Notes: generated by a model from the letters alone, not told the origin. A DNA stretch of 64,000 nt from a virus (IMGVR_UViG_3300029391_000001:19880-83879); one strand, 5' to 3'. Counted from the stretch's first letter, positions 22,614-32,252 are shown. Made by a program: numbers and translations.

Positions 22614-23074
22614 ATAGAATTAAGACAAAAGCCTATCTTGAGGTAACTTTAGAGCAGGCACGCGAATGGTATGAAAGCGGTAATGAAGACTTGAAGAAAT
22701 TAGCTCTTACTGCATTTAGTGAGGAAATGCTAATTCCTTCCTTTAAAGAGATAGTAGAGTCTGAAGAAGATTATGGTTTTTGGAATACATTAGTATGTCC
22801 TCCAAGCATGACAGAACAACTCAGTTCTCTAGCTAGTTTACAAATAGTTGCTAACTATCTAAATAAAGGATGGATCAAAACAGAAGGTAATACTGGCTAT
22901 TTTCTTGGAAGGGGTTCTTCTCTATCTGGAAAGACGGAAACTGATATAAAAGGAGTGTACGTCGTTATGCATCAAAACGTAAAATATCCAGGTGTTGTTT
23001 ATTTTAGAACTGTAGCTGATGTACAGAAAGCGGTGAAGATACTAGGAAAGAAGTTGCTGCCGCTATTCGAATAA
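22610..23074 (+). CDS. hypothetical protein
   Basis: ORF track. Confidence 0.45.
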   Translation: MNRIKTKAYLEVTLEQAREWYESGNEDLKKLALTAFSEEMLIPSFKEIVESEEDYGFWNTLVCPPSMTEQLSSLASLQIVANYLNKGWIKTEGNTGYFLGRGSSLSGKTETDIKGVYVVMHQNVKYPGVVYFRTVADVQKAVKILGKKLLPLFE

Positions 23075-23080
23075 TTTGAT

Positions 23081-23154
23081 GGTGTTATTAGTTCAGTTGG
23101 CAGAACGCTACATTGTGGCTGTAGAGGTCAGCGGTTCGAGTCCGCTATAACACC
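23081..23154 (+). tRNA. tRNA-His(GTG)
   Basis: Extra 5' G(-1) pairing with discriminator C; loop uuGUGgc. Confidence 0.75.
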
Positions 23155-23184
23155 CTAATCATGTTTTATTAAATATTATAACGA

Positions 23185-23745
23185 ATGAAAAAGACAATTG
23201 AAATTGAATGTCCAGATGGTTATAAACCCATCTATAATGCCGAAACTGGCAATGTTGAAATCGTTCCAGAAAACATTATGGGACGGATAAGAACCTATGA
23301 GGATGCTGTAAACTATCTAGGGTGTGTTACTAGAGATACTATTTACTACAATAGATCTGTAAATTCTCTAGCTAAGTTGCAGACAGTCTTGGATGCGCTA
23401 AATGAAGGTCACAAGTTCAATCTGTTAACTGGTACTATATGGTATCCCTGGGTTCGCTTCTTTAGAATGAAATCAGTTCCGAAGGATGCAGAAGTCATTG
23501 GTCACTTCCGTTATCAGGGCGAGAAATTCGCGTTGGTGGGCGGCTGCGCGGTTGTTGGCGGCAATGCGGGTCTCGGCTCTTTCTATTCTTTCCATGGCGT
23601 CGGCAGTGCCTATTCCTTTGTCGGGATGCTTGTGTGCAAATCTGAAGAGATTGCCAAATACGTATCAACCCAGTTTGGAAAGCTAGTGTTCGATGCTTGT
23701 TTTGCAAGACATTTCAAGGGTGAAGAATTTGAATGGCTTGACTAA
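23185..23745 (+). CDS. hypothetical protein
   Basis: ORF track. Confidence 0.45.
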   Translation: MKKTIEIECPDGYKPIYNAETGNVEIVPENIMGRIRTYEDAVNYLGCVTRDTIYYNRSVNSLAKLQTVLDALNEGHKFNLLTGTIWYPWVRFFRMKSVPKDAEVIGHFRYQGEKFALVGGCAVVGGNAGLGSFYSFHGVGSAYSFVGMLVCKSEEIAKYVSTQFGKLVFDACFARHFKGEEFEWLD

Positions 23746-24217
23746 TGAAAAAGTTCCTTGTAATTATGCTTGCTATGCTCTGGATGAGCGTAGCAGCATT
23801 TCTCAGATAACTCAGGAAGATTATGATAAGTTACCCAATGAGACTAGAACTCAAATTGAGAAGATAACAACAGAGAAGGCTATAAAGGGTGAAATCAAGG
23901 AAGTTTCTGAGTATGCAAATCTCGGTAAGGAGATTGGAGTAGCCGTTAATGAAACTTTGAAGGCAGTTGAAGATTCAGCCATAAGAATAGCAGAATCCAA
24001 CCTGGGACAAACAGCAATAACTATCGTAGTATGGAAACTTCTCTATAAGGAGATAGCTGGAATTGTAGTAGGCACCATACTATTAGGAATATCAGTATTT
24101 ATGCTACTAACTGGTAGAGGAAAACTATCCAAAAACGATGAAGATGCTGGAGGTTGGATAAGTGTGGTAGGAGGAGCTGTATTCTTTATATCTTCAATGA
24201 TTTGTATATTTGGCTGA
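23693..24217 (+). CDS. membrane protein
   Basis: C-terminal TM helices. Confidence 0.4.
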   Translation: MLVLQDISRVKNLNGLTNEKVPCNYACYALDERSSISQITQEDYDKLPNETRTQIEKITTEKAIKGEIKEVSEYANLGKEIGVAVNETLKAVEDSAIRIAESNLGQTAITIVVWKLLYKEIAGIVVGTILLGISVFMLLTGRGKLSKNDEDAGGWISVVGGAVFFISSMICIFG

Positions 24218-24312
24218 GGAGCAATCCAGGCTATAGGCTGGTGTATTCTAGCTATATTCTGTGTATTATTGCTTCTTGGTATGATTCTTAGCTAGTCATA
24301 AGACTAGCTTTT

Positions 24313-24393
24313 GGAAGGGTGGCAGAGTCAGGTTTATTGCAACGGTCTTGAAAACCGTCGGGCGTCCCCAGGGTTCGAATCCCTGTCCTTCCG
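24313..24393 (+). tRNA. tRNA-Ser(TGA)
   Basis: Type II; loop cuUGAaa. Confidence 0.7.
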
Positions 24394-24399
24394 CAATAT

Positions 24400-24473
24400 A
24401 TAGGATTGGTGTTTAACGGTTAGCACGTCGGTCTCCAAAACCGAAAGTAAGGGTTCGAATCCTTTATCCTATG
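24400..24473 (+). tRNA. tRNA-Trp(CCA)
   Basis: Cloverleaf; loop cuCCAaa. Confidence 0.7.
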
Positions 24474-24496
24474 CAAATATCAATAACTAAAAACTT

Positions 24497-24715
24497 ATGA
24501 AGAGAATTAGATTAATTTGTATGATGGCTGTTGTAGCAATAGTTACGGCAGTCTGTTGTTCGTTTACTTCTAGGGAAGACCGAAATCATTTTTCGGTTAT
24601 AAAGGTATATACCGACCCTAATAGTCACATGAATGTCTATAGAGTCTCCGTTCCTGGGAGAGTGTATTACGTACTTCATAATACGACTCAAGGAGGGTTA
24701 TGTAAATTACAATGA
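24497..24715 (+). CDS. small membrane protein
   Basis: N-terminal TM helix. Confidence 0.4.
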   Translation: MKRIRLICMMAVVAIVTAVCCSFTSREDRNHFSVIKVYTDPNSHMNVYRVSVPGRVYYVLHNTTQGGLCKLQ

Positions 24716-25239
24716 GCGAAACTTATTATCTCTTAGCAGCCATTTCGTATGGCATTTTTATTGTTCAGTTCATACTCTCTTGGTTTGGTGGCGACACTGA
24801 CTTAGATGTAGATTTAGATGGAGAATTGGACATGGATGTGAGTGATATTGTCTCTTTTAAAGGACTAGTACATTTTGTAATGGGAGCAAGTGGATGGCTT
24901 TGTATTAAGCATTCCGTTTCTCATTCTATAGAATGGTACGATTATTTAATCGCATTAATATGCGGTATTCTTTTTGTGGTTATACTTTACTACTTATATA
25001 AACTTTGTTTAAAACTCCAACATCAAGTTATTCCTGAAAAGGGTGAAGCCTTAGTTGGGAGAATTGGAACAATCACTATCCCTAATGATATTTCTGGTGG
25101 TAGTTCTGTTATCTTAGTTGAGATAAATGGAATGCTTCAAGAATTGTCAGCTTATGCTGAAGAAGAGCATAAGACGTATAAAAACGGGGACAAAGTGAGA
25201 ATTTCAAAATTTGAGAATGGAAAGTATTATTTTAACTAA
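24712..25239 (+). CDS. NfeD-like membrane protein (partner of SPFH proteins)
   Basis: TM helices plus C-terminal OB-fold-like domain; sits immediately upstream of the SPFH gene. Confidence 0.5.
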   Translation: MSETYYLLAAISYGIFIVQFILSWFGGDTDLDVDLDGELDMDVSDIVSFKGLVHFVMGASGWLCIKHSVSHSIEWYDYLIALICGILFVVILYYLYKLCLKLQHQVIPEKGEALVGRIGTITIPNDISGGSSVILVEINGMLQELSAYAEEEHKTYKNGDKVRISKFENGKYYFN

Positions 25240-25254
25240 AAAGAATTTTTAAAG

Positions 25255-27228
25255 ATGACAACAGAAACTCTTATTGTAGCGGGTGTTATTGTACTCTTAG
25301 TAGTTGTAACTTTTATCGGACTTTTGTCTCGGTATCGTAAGTGTGCTAGTGATGAAATCCTGGTAGTATTTGGTAAGGCAGGAAAGAAGAAGGTAGTTAA
25401 CGAGAAGACTGGTAAAACGGAGGAAGTTATACTGCCGTCTAAAATCATCCACGGCGGAGGTACATTCGTAATGCCTGTCATTCAAGACTGGGCTAAAATG
25501 TCCTTGAAACCTATTCAGATTCAGGTAATGGTAGAGGGAGTATCCAGCCAAATGATTAAGGTTAGGATTCCTGTGACATTAACTACTGGTATAGGAACCG
25601 ATCAAGTACTAATGCAAAACGCTGCAAGCAGATTCTTAACAGCTAAAACTTCTGAAATCTCAGACCAAATCAAGGATATTCTCATTGGTGAAGTGAGAAG
25701 CTTGATGGCAACAATGACGATTGAGGAAATAAATGCTGATAGAATCAAATTTATCGGCAAGGCAAAAGAGAATATTGAAACTGAGTTGAACAAGGTAGGT
25801 TTCAGTATTATCAATATTAACAACGCTGATATCTCGGACGATGCAAACTATATCAAGAATCTTGGTCAGAAAGCTGCAACTAAAGCTCTTGCTCAGGCAC
25901 AGGCTGACATTGCAGAAGAGAAAAAGAAAGGAGATATTCAGATTGCAGAAACCAACAAGCAACGTGAAATTGCTGTAGCAGACGCTGAGAAAGAGCGTGA
26001 AACTACTGTTGCTCAGACTAGACAAGAGCAAGAGGTTCGTGTGGCAGAGATTAACCAGGAGAAGGAAATCAAACTTGCAGAAGCTGAGAAGAATAAGCAA
26101 TCAGGTATTGCTAATCAGAAAGCTGAACAAGCTGCCAATATTGCTAAAGCTAATACTGCAGCGGAATCAGAGAAAGCTAAAGCAGAAGCTGAGAAAATTT
26201 CAGCTATAGCTAAAGCTCAAGCAGAAGCCGATTCTAACAGAGCAGAGTCTGAATCACTGGCTGAGGCTAATGTAGCTAAGGCTAAAGCAGAAGCTGACTC
26301 TAAGAAAGCAGAAGCAGAAGCAGAGAAACAAACTCGTATTGCTCAGGCTAAACAAAAACAGGAAGCTGAGACGCAAAAGGCAATTAACGAACAGGAAGCT
26401 GCAGTTGCTAAGTATGAGTCAGACAAGCGTGTAAAGGCAGCTGAAGCTGATAAGATTGCAGGAGTGGCAGAACAAAATGCCACAATTGAAGTCTCTAAAG
26501 CTAAGGGAGAGGCCGAGAAAGCTAAGGCTGAAGCTGAAAAGGTAGCAGGAACTTCTAAGGTAGAAGCTCAAATGACTATCGAGAAAACTAAGCAAGAAAA
26601 GCAACTGGAAGTAAACGAAGCAGCTGCATTGGCTATGGAAGCTAAGCTTCATGCTGAGACGATTGTTCCTGCTCAAAAGGAGAAGGAACGTATCACGATT
26701 GAAGCAGAAGCTGTTAAGCAGAAAGCTGTACTTGAAGCAGAAGCTAAGGCTGCTGAAATTCTGAAAGAAGCAGAAGCTAAAGCGAATGCTACAAAGTTGC
26801 AGCTAGAAGCCGAAGCTGAAGGTACAAGAAAGAAACTGCTTGCTGAAGCTGAGGGTAAGAGAGCATCTTTGATGGCTGAGGCTGATAAAGTCCAGGCTAT
26901 TGAAATGGCTCCTGCTCTGGCAGTCCAGAAGATGATTGAATCTGGCTTGACTCCTGAAATGGTGGTTCAGTACAAGACAGTTGACCAGTTGACAGGTATT
27001 GCAGAAGCATCTGCTCAGATGTTTGAACACGTTCACCTTGGACAGGTTACTGTTTATGGTAACGAGAATACCGCTGGTAACTTCATGGCTAAAACTGCTG
27101 AGAACTTGAATCCTGCGTTCGACTTGCTTCGCTCTATACCTTTCGCTGATACACTGAAAAGTGTTCTCGGCAAGAAAGAGTTGGAGGAGAAGAAAGCTGA
27201 AACAACTGAGTTTGAAGAAGTGAAGTAA
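25255..27228 (+). CDS. SPFH/band-7 flotillin-like protein with long Ala/Glu/Lys-rich coiled-coil
   Basis: N-terminal TM plus SPFH domain; AEAEKAKAEAEK repeats. Confidence 0.65.
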   Translation: MTTETLIVAGVIVLLVVVTFIGLLSRYRKCASDEILVVFGKAGKKKVVNEKTGKTEEVILPSKIIHGGGTFVMPVIQDWAKMSLKPIQIQVMVEGVSSQMIKVRIPVTLTTGIGTDQVLMQNAASRFLTAKTSEISDQIKDILIGEVRSLMATMTIEEINADRIKFIGKAKENIETELNKVGFSIININNADISDDANYIKNLGQKAATKALAQAQADIAEEKKKGDIQIAETNKQREIAVADAEKERETTVAQTRQEQEVRVAEINQEKEIKLAEAEKNKQSGIANQKAEQAANIAKANTAAESEKAKAEAEKISAIAKAQAEADSNRAESESLAEANVAKAKAEADSKKAEAEAEKQTRIAQAKQKQEAETQKAINEQEAAVAKYESDKRVKAAEADKIAGVAEQNATIEVSKAKGEAEKAKAEAEKVAGTSKVEAQMTIEKTKQEKQLEVNEAAALAMEAKLHAETIVPAQKEKERITIEAEAVKQKAVLEAEAKAAEILKEAEAKANATKLQLEAEAEGTRKKLLAEAEGKRASLMAEADKVQAIEMAPALAVQKMIESGLTPEMVVQYKTVDQLTGIAEASAQMFEHVHLGQVTVYGNENTAGNFMAKTAENLNPAFDLLRSIPFADTLKSVLGKKELEEKKAETTEFEEVK

Positions 27229-27234
27229 TTCACA

Positions 27235-27285
27235 GCGAAGGGGCTTTACAATTTCAATAGTAAAGTATAACAAAAGCCCCTTCGC
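27235..27285 (+). terminator. hairpin gcgaaggggcttt...aaagccccttcgc after the SPFH gene
   Basis: 13-bp inverted repeat. Confidence 0.4.
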
Positions 27286-27290
27286 AATTT

Positions 27291-27368
27291 GGAGGTATGG
27301 GTGAGTGGCTTAAACCACCGTCCTGCTAAGACGGAGGGCCTTCGGGTCCCCGAATCCAGCTGCCTCCG
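27291..27368 (+). tRNA. tRNA-Ser(GCT)-like with non-canonical T-arm
   Basis: Acceptor ggaggta/tgcctcc, D-arm, anticodon stem ccgtc/gacgg, loop cuGCUaa; I could not fold the T-arm region (gggtccccgaatcc) canonically. Confidence 0.45.
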
Positions 27369-27384
27369 CTTAATAAAATTTGTT

Positions 27385-27666
27385 ATGGAAGAAAGAATTG
27401 AAATCTTTAAGTCTCTTCATAAGTCATTTCTTGATATGCTTATGGATGATACTTGGTTAATGGAAGAGCCTATTGACGTAGCTGAAACAGAAGCTTGCTG
27501 GAGATGGGCAATAGAATTAGGAGATGAAACTGTTCCGGTAGAAAAATTTGAGGAAGAATTTAAGTTTTCTTTACAAGATTTAACTAACTGGTGGAACAAA
27601 AAAGTATTAGAGATTGAGTATCTAATTACATGGGACGATAGCTCAGTAGGTAGAGCGCTGGACTGA
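27385..27666 (+). CDS. hypothetical protein (ORF trimmed to ATG after the tRNA)
   Basis: ORF track; 5' part overlaps the tRNA. Confidence 0.4.
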   Translation: MEERIEIFKSLHKSFLDMLMDDTWLMEEPIDVAETEACWRWAIELGDETVPVEKFEEEFKFSLQDLTNWWNKKVLEIEYLITWDDSSVGRALD

Positions 27667-27708
27667 AAATCCAGGACGATAGCGGCAGTTCGATCCTGCC
27701 TCGTCCCA
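27632..27708 (+). tRNA. tRNA-Phe(GAA)
   Basis: Loop cuGAAaa. Confidence 0.7.
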
Positions 27709-27770
27709 CGCATTGTGTGTTTTCATGGTAAATATGGGCTTAACGGTTCGAGAGAATAGTTAAGCTAAAC

Positions 27771-27842
27771 TGGGCTATGGTGTAATGGTAGTCACATCAG
27801 ATTTTGGTTCTGAGAGTCCAGGTTCGAGTCCTGGTAGCCCAA
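27771..27842 (+). tRNA. tRNA-Gln(TTG)
   Basis: U1:A72; loop uuUUGgu. Confidence 0.7.
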
Positions 27843-28003
27843 CTAAATACAGCTTCGCTAGGGAGACCTAGCCTTGCATACCAAGAGGCGGTAAAGTCAG
27901 CTGAATAAATCCGTTGCGGTATTACCTAGTAATAATCTAAAGCTAGCTAAAGAATAACTAGGAACATAAGGGTAGTAAGGCTGTATTTCTAAATTATATA
28001 ATT

Positions 28004-28165
28004 ATGGATAAGAAGAATTATAGAAAAGTAGTTAAAATCTGTGAGAAAGGCAGATGTAAAGTGAGAGAAAATTCATTTGGAGTTTGTTGGTGTGTAAGAT
28101 GTGGTAAATTACATTCTGATGCTCCAGCTAAGTTAAAACCTGAAGAGCAAATCATAGTAAAATGA
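28004..28165 (+). CDS. small zinc-ribbon protein (53 aa)
   Basis: CxxxxC...CxxC; below the ORF-track size cutoff. Confidence 0.35.
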   Translation: MDKKNYRKVVKICEKGRCKVRENSFGVCWCVRCGKLHSDAPAKLKPEEQIIVK

Positions 28166-28365
28166 AAGTAATAATTAATAGCTGTTTACTTACAGAGCTG
28201 CTGAAGAACTTCCAAACTTCTCTAGATAATATGAGAGTTATTGGAGAGACATATTCTGTAGAAGATATGAATGAGCTGGTTGAGGAGTTTTCTAAGTTTA
28301 ATATAAAGCCTGATGATATTATTGGTAAAACTATAATATTTAAATGTCAATCAATAAGTGCTTAA
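28162..28365 (+). CDS. hypothetical protein
   Basis: ORF track. Confidence 0.4.
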   Translation: MKVIINSCLLTELLKNFQTSLDNMRVIGETYSVEDMNELVEEFSKFNIKPDDIIGKTIIFKCQSISA

Positions 28366-28618
28366 CGTAACTTCTTTCAATATTGGGGAGATAACTAGTA
28401 AAGTATCTCTAAATACTCCCAGTAGCGGAATAATCCAGAGGTCTCATCCTAGAAGTAAATTCGTAAGATTTCATTCTAGGTCTCCTATGTCAGAATATGC
28501 ATTCTCTAGTAGACTAAGTAAGGATGGGCCGGAAATTGTGGTATTGCAGATTATGGTATTTGGTAATGATGAATTGCTAGTTGAATATGTCTGCGAACAG
28601 GAACTAACAGTAGAATAG
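28358..28618 (+). CDS. hypothetical protein
   Basis: ORF track. Confidence 0.35.
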   Translation: MLNVTSFNIGEITSKVSLNTPSSGIIQRSHPRSKFVRFHSRSPMSEYAFSSRLSKDGPEIVVLQIMVFGNDELLVEYVCEQELTVE

Positions 28619-28742
28619 GTTATTAGACCGGTAAATAACCTTCCGTAGCCAGTCGGACGTTGGGAGCTTATAGTCCTACGATAGTGAGACTAAATCGGAC
28701 CTATAGCTCAGCCAGGTCAGAGCAACTAATTATGAGTCAGAT

Positions 28743-28819
28743 AGGGACGTATCCCCTCAAGCTTATACCTTGTAGAAAGGGTAGTTGGTCGCACGTGGGT
28801 TCAAACCCCACCGTCCCTA
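28743..28819 (+). tRNA. non-canonical 77-nt tRNA-like gene (perfect acceptor and T-arm; anticodon hairpin with 8-10-nt loop uuGUAGaaag)
   Basis: agggacg/cgtccct acceptor, gtggg-ttcaaac-cccac T-arm; no standard D-arm or 7-nt anticodon loop; a tRNA 5'-half-like fragment (ggaccta ta gctcagccaggtcagagc) lies just upstream at 28699-28742. Confidence 0.35.
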
Positions 28820-28841
28820 CAACTTTTATTTATTAAGTAAT

Positions 28842-29006
28842 ATGAAAGAGTTAAGTGAAATTATTCAGGAAATGGTAGACAATGGCAATTCCATGGGTCA
28901 AATGGACCTAAAAACTGCCATAGTGTTTGTTACAGAGGCTTACGAATCCGGCATAGAAAAGGCTCGTTCTCTCATAACTAATGAACATAACGAGGAGGAT
29001 TACTAA
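28842..29006 (+). CDS. small hypothetical protein
   Basis: ORF trimmed to ATG after the tRNA-like element. Confidence 0.4.
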   Translation: MKELSEIIQEMVDNGNSMGQMDLKTAIVFVTEAYESGIEKARSLITNEHNEEDY

Positions 29007-30418
29007 TGACCGTAGAGGAATTAGAAGGTAAGCTGACTAGTATCTACCATGAATTTGCTGAAACAATCTCTGAAAATGAGACTGATGAGCAAATAGTTGC
29101 CCGTTCTAAAGAGTGGTTTGTAAAAAGACTCTCAGAGGAAACTGATAACAAAGAAGCTATAGAATCTATAGCTAATCAATTAGTAGGATGTCTCAAACAG
29201 GCATCTGTTTTAAGTAACTTAGAAAAAGAAAAAATGAACAAAGTTTGGATGTGTTCTGGGTCTACATATACCCAGGTAAGCTCAGGCTATAGCGTTGAGC
29301 AGTCTCTCCCAGTTGGAATCTACAGTATTTGTCTGACAATGACAGGTTATCACCTAGACAGATATGCGGATAAGTTTGTATTCCCGTACAAAATGTATGG
29401 TTTGCAGGAAGATTTCATAGACCATGTAATCAAAACTTATAATAACACAGAAGGAAACTTGGGAATCATGTTTACTGGTACAAAAGGTACTGGAAAGACT
29501 GTCACAGCTAAAGAATTAGCTAATAAGTTGAACCTTCCTGTTATTATCGTAAAGGATATAGGAGACCATAATCAATCTATGATTGAGTTTCTCTCTGGTA
29601 TTGAGGGAGACTGTGTTCTCTTCCTAGATGAGTTTGAAAAGAACTTCAGCGAGTCGGATTCTACAATCCTCCAAATTATGGATGGAGTTTATAACTCTAA
29701 GTATCGTAAGGTATTCTTGTTGACTACTAATGCAATGTCTATCAACGAGAATATGGTAGGACGTCCGTCTAGAATCCGCTACGTCAAGAAGTTTGAAAAT
29801 CTTGATTTGAAGGTTGTAAACGAATATCTAGACGATGCCCTGGAGGTTCCAGAAGCACGTCAAGATTTACTTGACTTCATTGATTCTTTGACTATATCAA
29901 CTATTGATATTCTCAAAACTATAGTTAATGAAGTTAACATTCATGGAATTGAAGGTTTGAAAAAGGCTAAGAGTTTCTTCAACGTAGTAACTAATGAGTA
30001 TGAGTATTCTTGTATCAGAGGTTACGCTTACACTGGAGAAATTGAACAAGACAAGAATAAGTTCTCTATTGAAAACTTCTCCAAGGCTGTTGAGAGATTT
30101 AATAATCCTATACCTAAGCCTATTGTTGATGACGAGGATAACTGTACTATAGAGGAAAGAAAAGCCCTCAACGAATACTATGAGTATCGTCGTCATAACT
30201 TCCACAGCCTGTCGTATAACTTTATCTATTCTTCTACCAAGTTCAGCAATCTTAAGGTAGGAGACGACTTCTACAATGACGAGATTATCGCTATTGACAA
30301 GAAGTTGAATGTTATTGTTACTAAGGACGGTGGCAAAATTAACTACTGGTGGATTAAAGATCCTAACAGTAAACCATCTCTGTATCGTACAGGAAGATAC
30401 GATTCTTTGGTACTTTAA
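29006..30418 (+). CDS. AAA+ ATPase
   Basis: Walker A GTKGTGKT, Walker B VLFLDEFE. Confidence 0.55.
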   Translation: MTVEELEGKLTSIYHEFAETISENETDEQIVARSKEWFVKRLSEETDNKEAIESIANQLVGCLKQASVLSNLEKEKMNKVWMCSGSTYTQVSSGYSVEQSLPVGIYSICLTMTGYHLDRYADKFVFPYKMYGLQEDFIDHVIKTYNNTEGNLGIMFTGTKGTGKTVTAKELANKLNLPVIIVKDIGDHNQSMIEFLSGIEGDCVLFLDEFEKNFSESDSTILQIMDGVYNSKYRKVFLLTTNAMSINENMVGRPSRIRYVKKFENLDLKVVNEYLDDALEVPEARQDLLDFIDSLTISTIDILKTIVNEVNIHGIEGLKKAKSFFNVVTNEYEYSCIRGYAYTGEIEQDKNKFSIENFSKAVERFNNPIPKPIVDDEDNCTIEERKALNEYYEYRRHNFHSLSYNFIYSSTKFSNLKVGDDFYNDEIIAIDKKLNVIVTKDGGKINYWWIKDPNSKPSLYRTGRYDSLVL

Positions 30419-30423
30419 AAACT

Positions 30424-30446
30424 GGGGGAGCTAGTCTCCCCTTTAT
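30424..30446 (+). terminator. hairpin ggggag-ctagt-ctcccc followed by T-run
   Basis: Intrinsic-terminator shape after the ATPase gene. Confidence 0.45.
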
Positions 30447-30520
30447 GTCTGGATGCCTGAGTGGTCTAAGGGAACGGTCTGCAAAACCGTGTTTCGTGGG
30501 TTCGAATCCCACTCCAGATT
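30447..30520 (+). tRNA. tRNA-Cys(GCA)
   Basis: Loop cuGCAaa; U73. Confidence 0.7.
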
Positions 30521-30540
30521 CTACACTAATTTATTTGCCT

Positions 30541-30969
30541 ATGGACAGAAAATTAAGAAGAGAGCTTTCTAAAAGAAAGTGGATTTCTAGAGCTAAAAAA
30601 GTTTATAACTCTTGCGGGAAGTTCTATATCCCGGTAAACGGAATTAAAGCCAGTGTTCAGTATAATGTTCCTATTTTCAGAAATAGAGCACTGAGAATTT
30701 GTGAATCAATTACGGATTTTCTTAATGATTCCAAGTATGCCAAAATGCTTAAGAATTGCACTTCTCCCTACAGAAGTAAGATGATGCAGTACGAATATAA
30801 GAAAGAGAATAGAAAAGATAGATATAAGGCTAAGAAAGATATCCAGGAAGGTATTCAGGAATATGAGTCCAGGGACAATCTTTCATGCTCATCATGTATA
30901 TTCTATGATGGAGGTCTATGCGAGAAAGGATTATTAACGACAGATGATTGTCCAGAATATTGGGATTAA
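30541..30969 (+). CDS. hypothetical Cys-containing protein (ORF trimmed after the tRNA)
   Basis: ORF track. Confidence 0.4.
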   Translation: MDRKLRRELSKRKWISRAKKVYNSCGKFYIPVNGIKASVQYNVPIFRNRALRICESITDFLNDSKYAKMLKNCTSPYRSKMMQYEYKKENRKDRYKAKKDIQEGIQEYESRDNLSCSSCIFYDGGLCEKGLLTTDDCPEYWD

Positions 30970-31331
30970 TTATGGATAAATATATTAATGGAAATTTAAT
31001 AAAGAGGATACTAGTTTTTAAAACTAGAAAACATCCAGAATGGAAGCATAGAATAGCGGATACCAAATTTTTATTCTGGAAAAGGCATATTGATTATTGG
31101 TATCTTCTAGACCCATGCTTTGGGACTTACTCTGAGAAAGGGATGCTCGAATCAATTAGTAAGAGAACGTCCTTCTACAAGGATGGAATAGTATACCAGA
31201 AGCCGCATATTATTCTAGAGTTCTCTGAGAGACATGATGAGTCTATCTATTTTGATAGTGATGAGGAAATGGAAGGCTGGTTTGAGTCTTTCAGGCAAGA
31301 ATTTGGAAAACCATTTATTTATATAGAATAA
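30948..31331 (+). CDS. hypothetical protein
   Basis: ORF track. Confidence 0.4.
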   Translation: MSRILGLIMDKYINGNLIKRILVFKTRKHPEWKHRIADTKFLFWKRHIDYWYLLDPCFGTYSEKGMLESISKRTSFYKDGIVYQKPHIILEFSERHDESIYFDSDEEMEGWFESFRQEFGKPFIYIE

Positions 31332-31452
31332 TACCTTTATCCCAGTTTAGAGCTTAGCTCAAGTAGTGAAGAACAGTAGCTATTGGTTAAAACGAGGTGG
31401 AGTGCCAGACGAAAGACTGGAATTAACATAGTTTAACTTTGAATCTCCGACT

Positions 31453-31794
31453 ATGCGGAGTATCATTATGGCAGAATTGATTTTCTTACCTAATGGAAAA
31501 TGCGATTTGAAATTTCATGCTAACATCAAAAACTTTAAAAGAGTTGAGATTGTGAAGCATAAGAAGAACTTCTTCAGGGTCTATGTAGACCGCAACGATA
31601 GCGTTTATGACGTGAAACGGTGCGAAGTCATCACTTGGAAGACCATAGAGAGAGGGAAAAGAAAGGTGAATGTTCCTGACAAGGTTGACGAGGTACGTGA
31701 TGTACATCTGTTTGACAAGACTAAGGGAAATCCGTTCAAGATTGCGGTTACTAAAATAATCGGCGAGATTGAGGCACAGGAATTACTATCTTAA
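31453..31794 (+). CDS. hypothetical protein
   Basis: ORF track. Confidence 0.4.
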   Translation: MRSIIMAELIFLPNGKCDLKFHANIKNFKRVEIVKHKKNFFRVYVDRNDSVYDVKRCEVITWKTIERGKRKVNVPDKVDEVRDVHLFDKTKGNPFKIAVTKIIGEIEAQELLS

Positions 31795-31802
31795 GATAGC
31801 GT

Positions 31803-31830
31803 TTAGGAGAGTATCGTATAACTCTCCTTA
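31803..31830 (+). terminator. hairpin aggagagt-atcgtata-actctcct
   Basis: 8-bp stem right after a CDS. Confidence 0.35.
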
Positions 31831-31831
31831 T

Positions 31832-31907
31832 GCAGATGTGGTGTTAATGGTTTGAGCACGTCAGACTTCCAATCTGAAGGGGAGAGTTCGAGTCTCTCTA
31901 TCTGCAC
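31832..31907 (+). tRNA. tRNA-Gly(TCC)
   Basis: Loop cuUCCaa; long D-loop. Confidence 0.6.
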
Positions 31908-31911
31908 ATTT

Positions 31912-31983
31912 GTAGGTATAGCACAACGGTTAGTGCATCGGCTTGCCATGCCGAGGATGTGAGTTCGATTCTCATTACCTACT
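31912..31983 (+). tRNA. tRNA-Gly(GCC)
   Basis: Loop uuGCCau. Confidence 0.7.
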
Positions 31984-32167
31984 CAAAATTTAAGTTTTAT
32001 GAAAATAAAGTGTACAGTATGTAATAAAGAATTTTATTATCCAGACCACCATGTGTTTATCTGTAGCGAATGTGCGGAGAAGGCTCTAGGTAGGGAAATA
32101 ACTGATAAGGATATTAATGATTCATTATTTAATATCCCATTTAGAGAGAAGTACTTTAAATCTTAAT

Positions 32168-32252
32168 ATCCGTGTGGGTGAATGGTTTAGCCATCAGTCT
32201 GCAAAACTGAAAAGAGAAATCTTTAATGAGGGTTCGAATCCCTCCACGGATT
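32168..32252 (+). tRNA. type II (long variable arm) tRNA with GCA anticodon and U73; Cys-like identity in a Ser/Leu-type body
   Basis: Perfect acceptor atccgtg/cacggat, T-arm gaggg-ttcgaat-ccctc, anticodon stem tcagt/actga, loop cuGCAaa, variable-arm hairpin aaaga-gaaa-tcttt. Confidence 0.55.

Noticed and set aside
26100-26900. Tandem DNA repeat or CRISPR-like array
   Set aside because: The periodicity comes from AEAEKAKAEAEK coding repeats inside the SPFH coiled-coil ORF. There are no direct repeat-spacer units.
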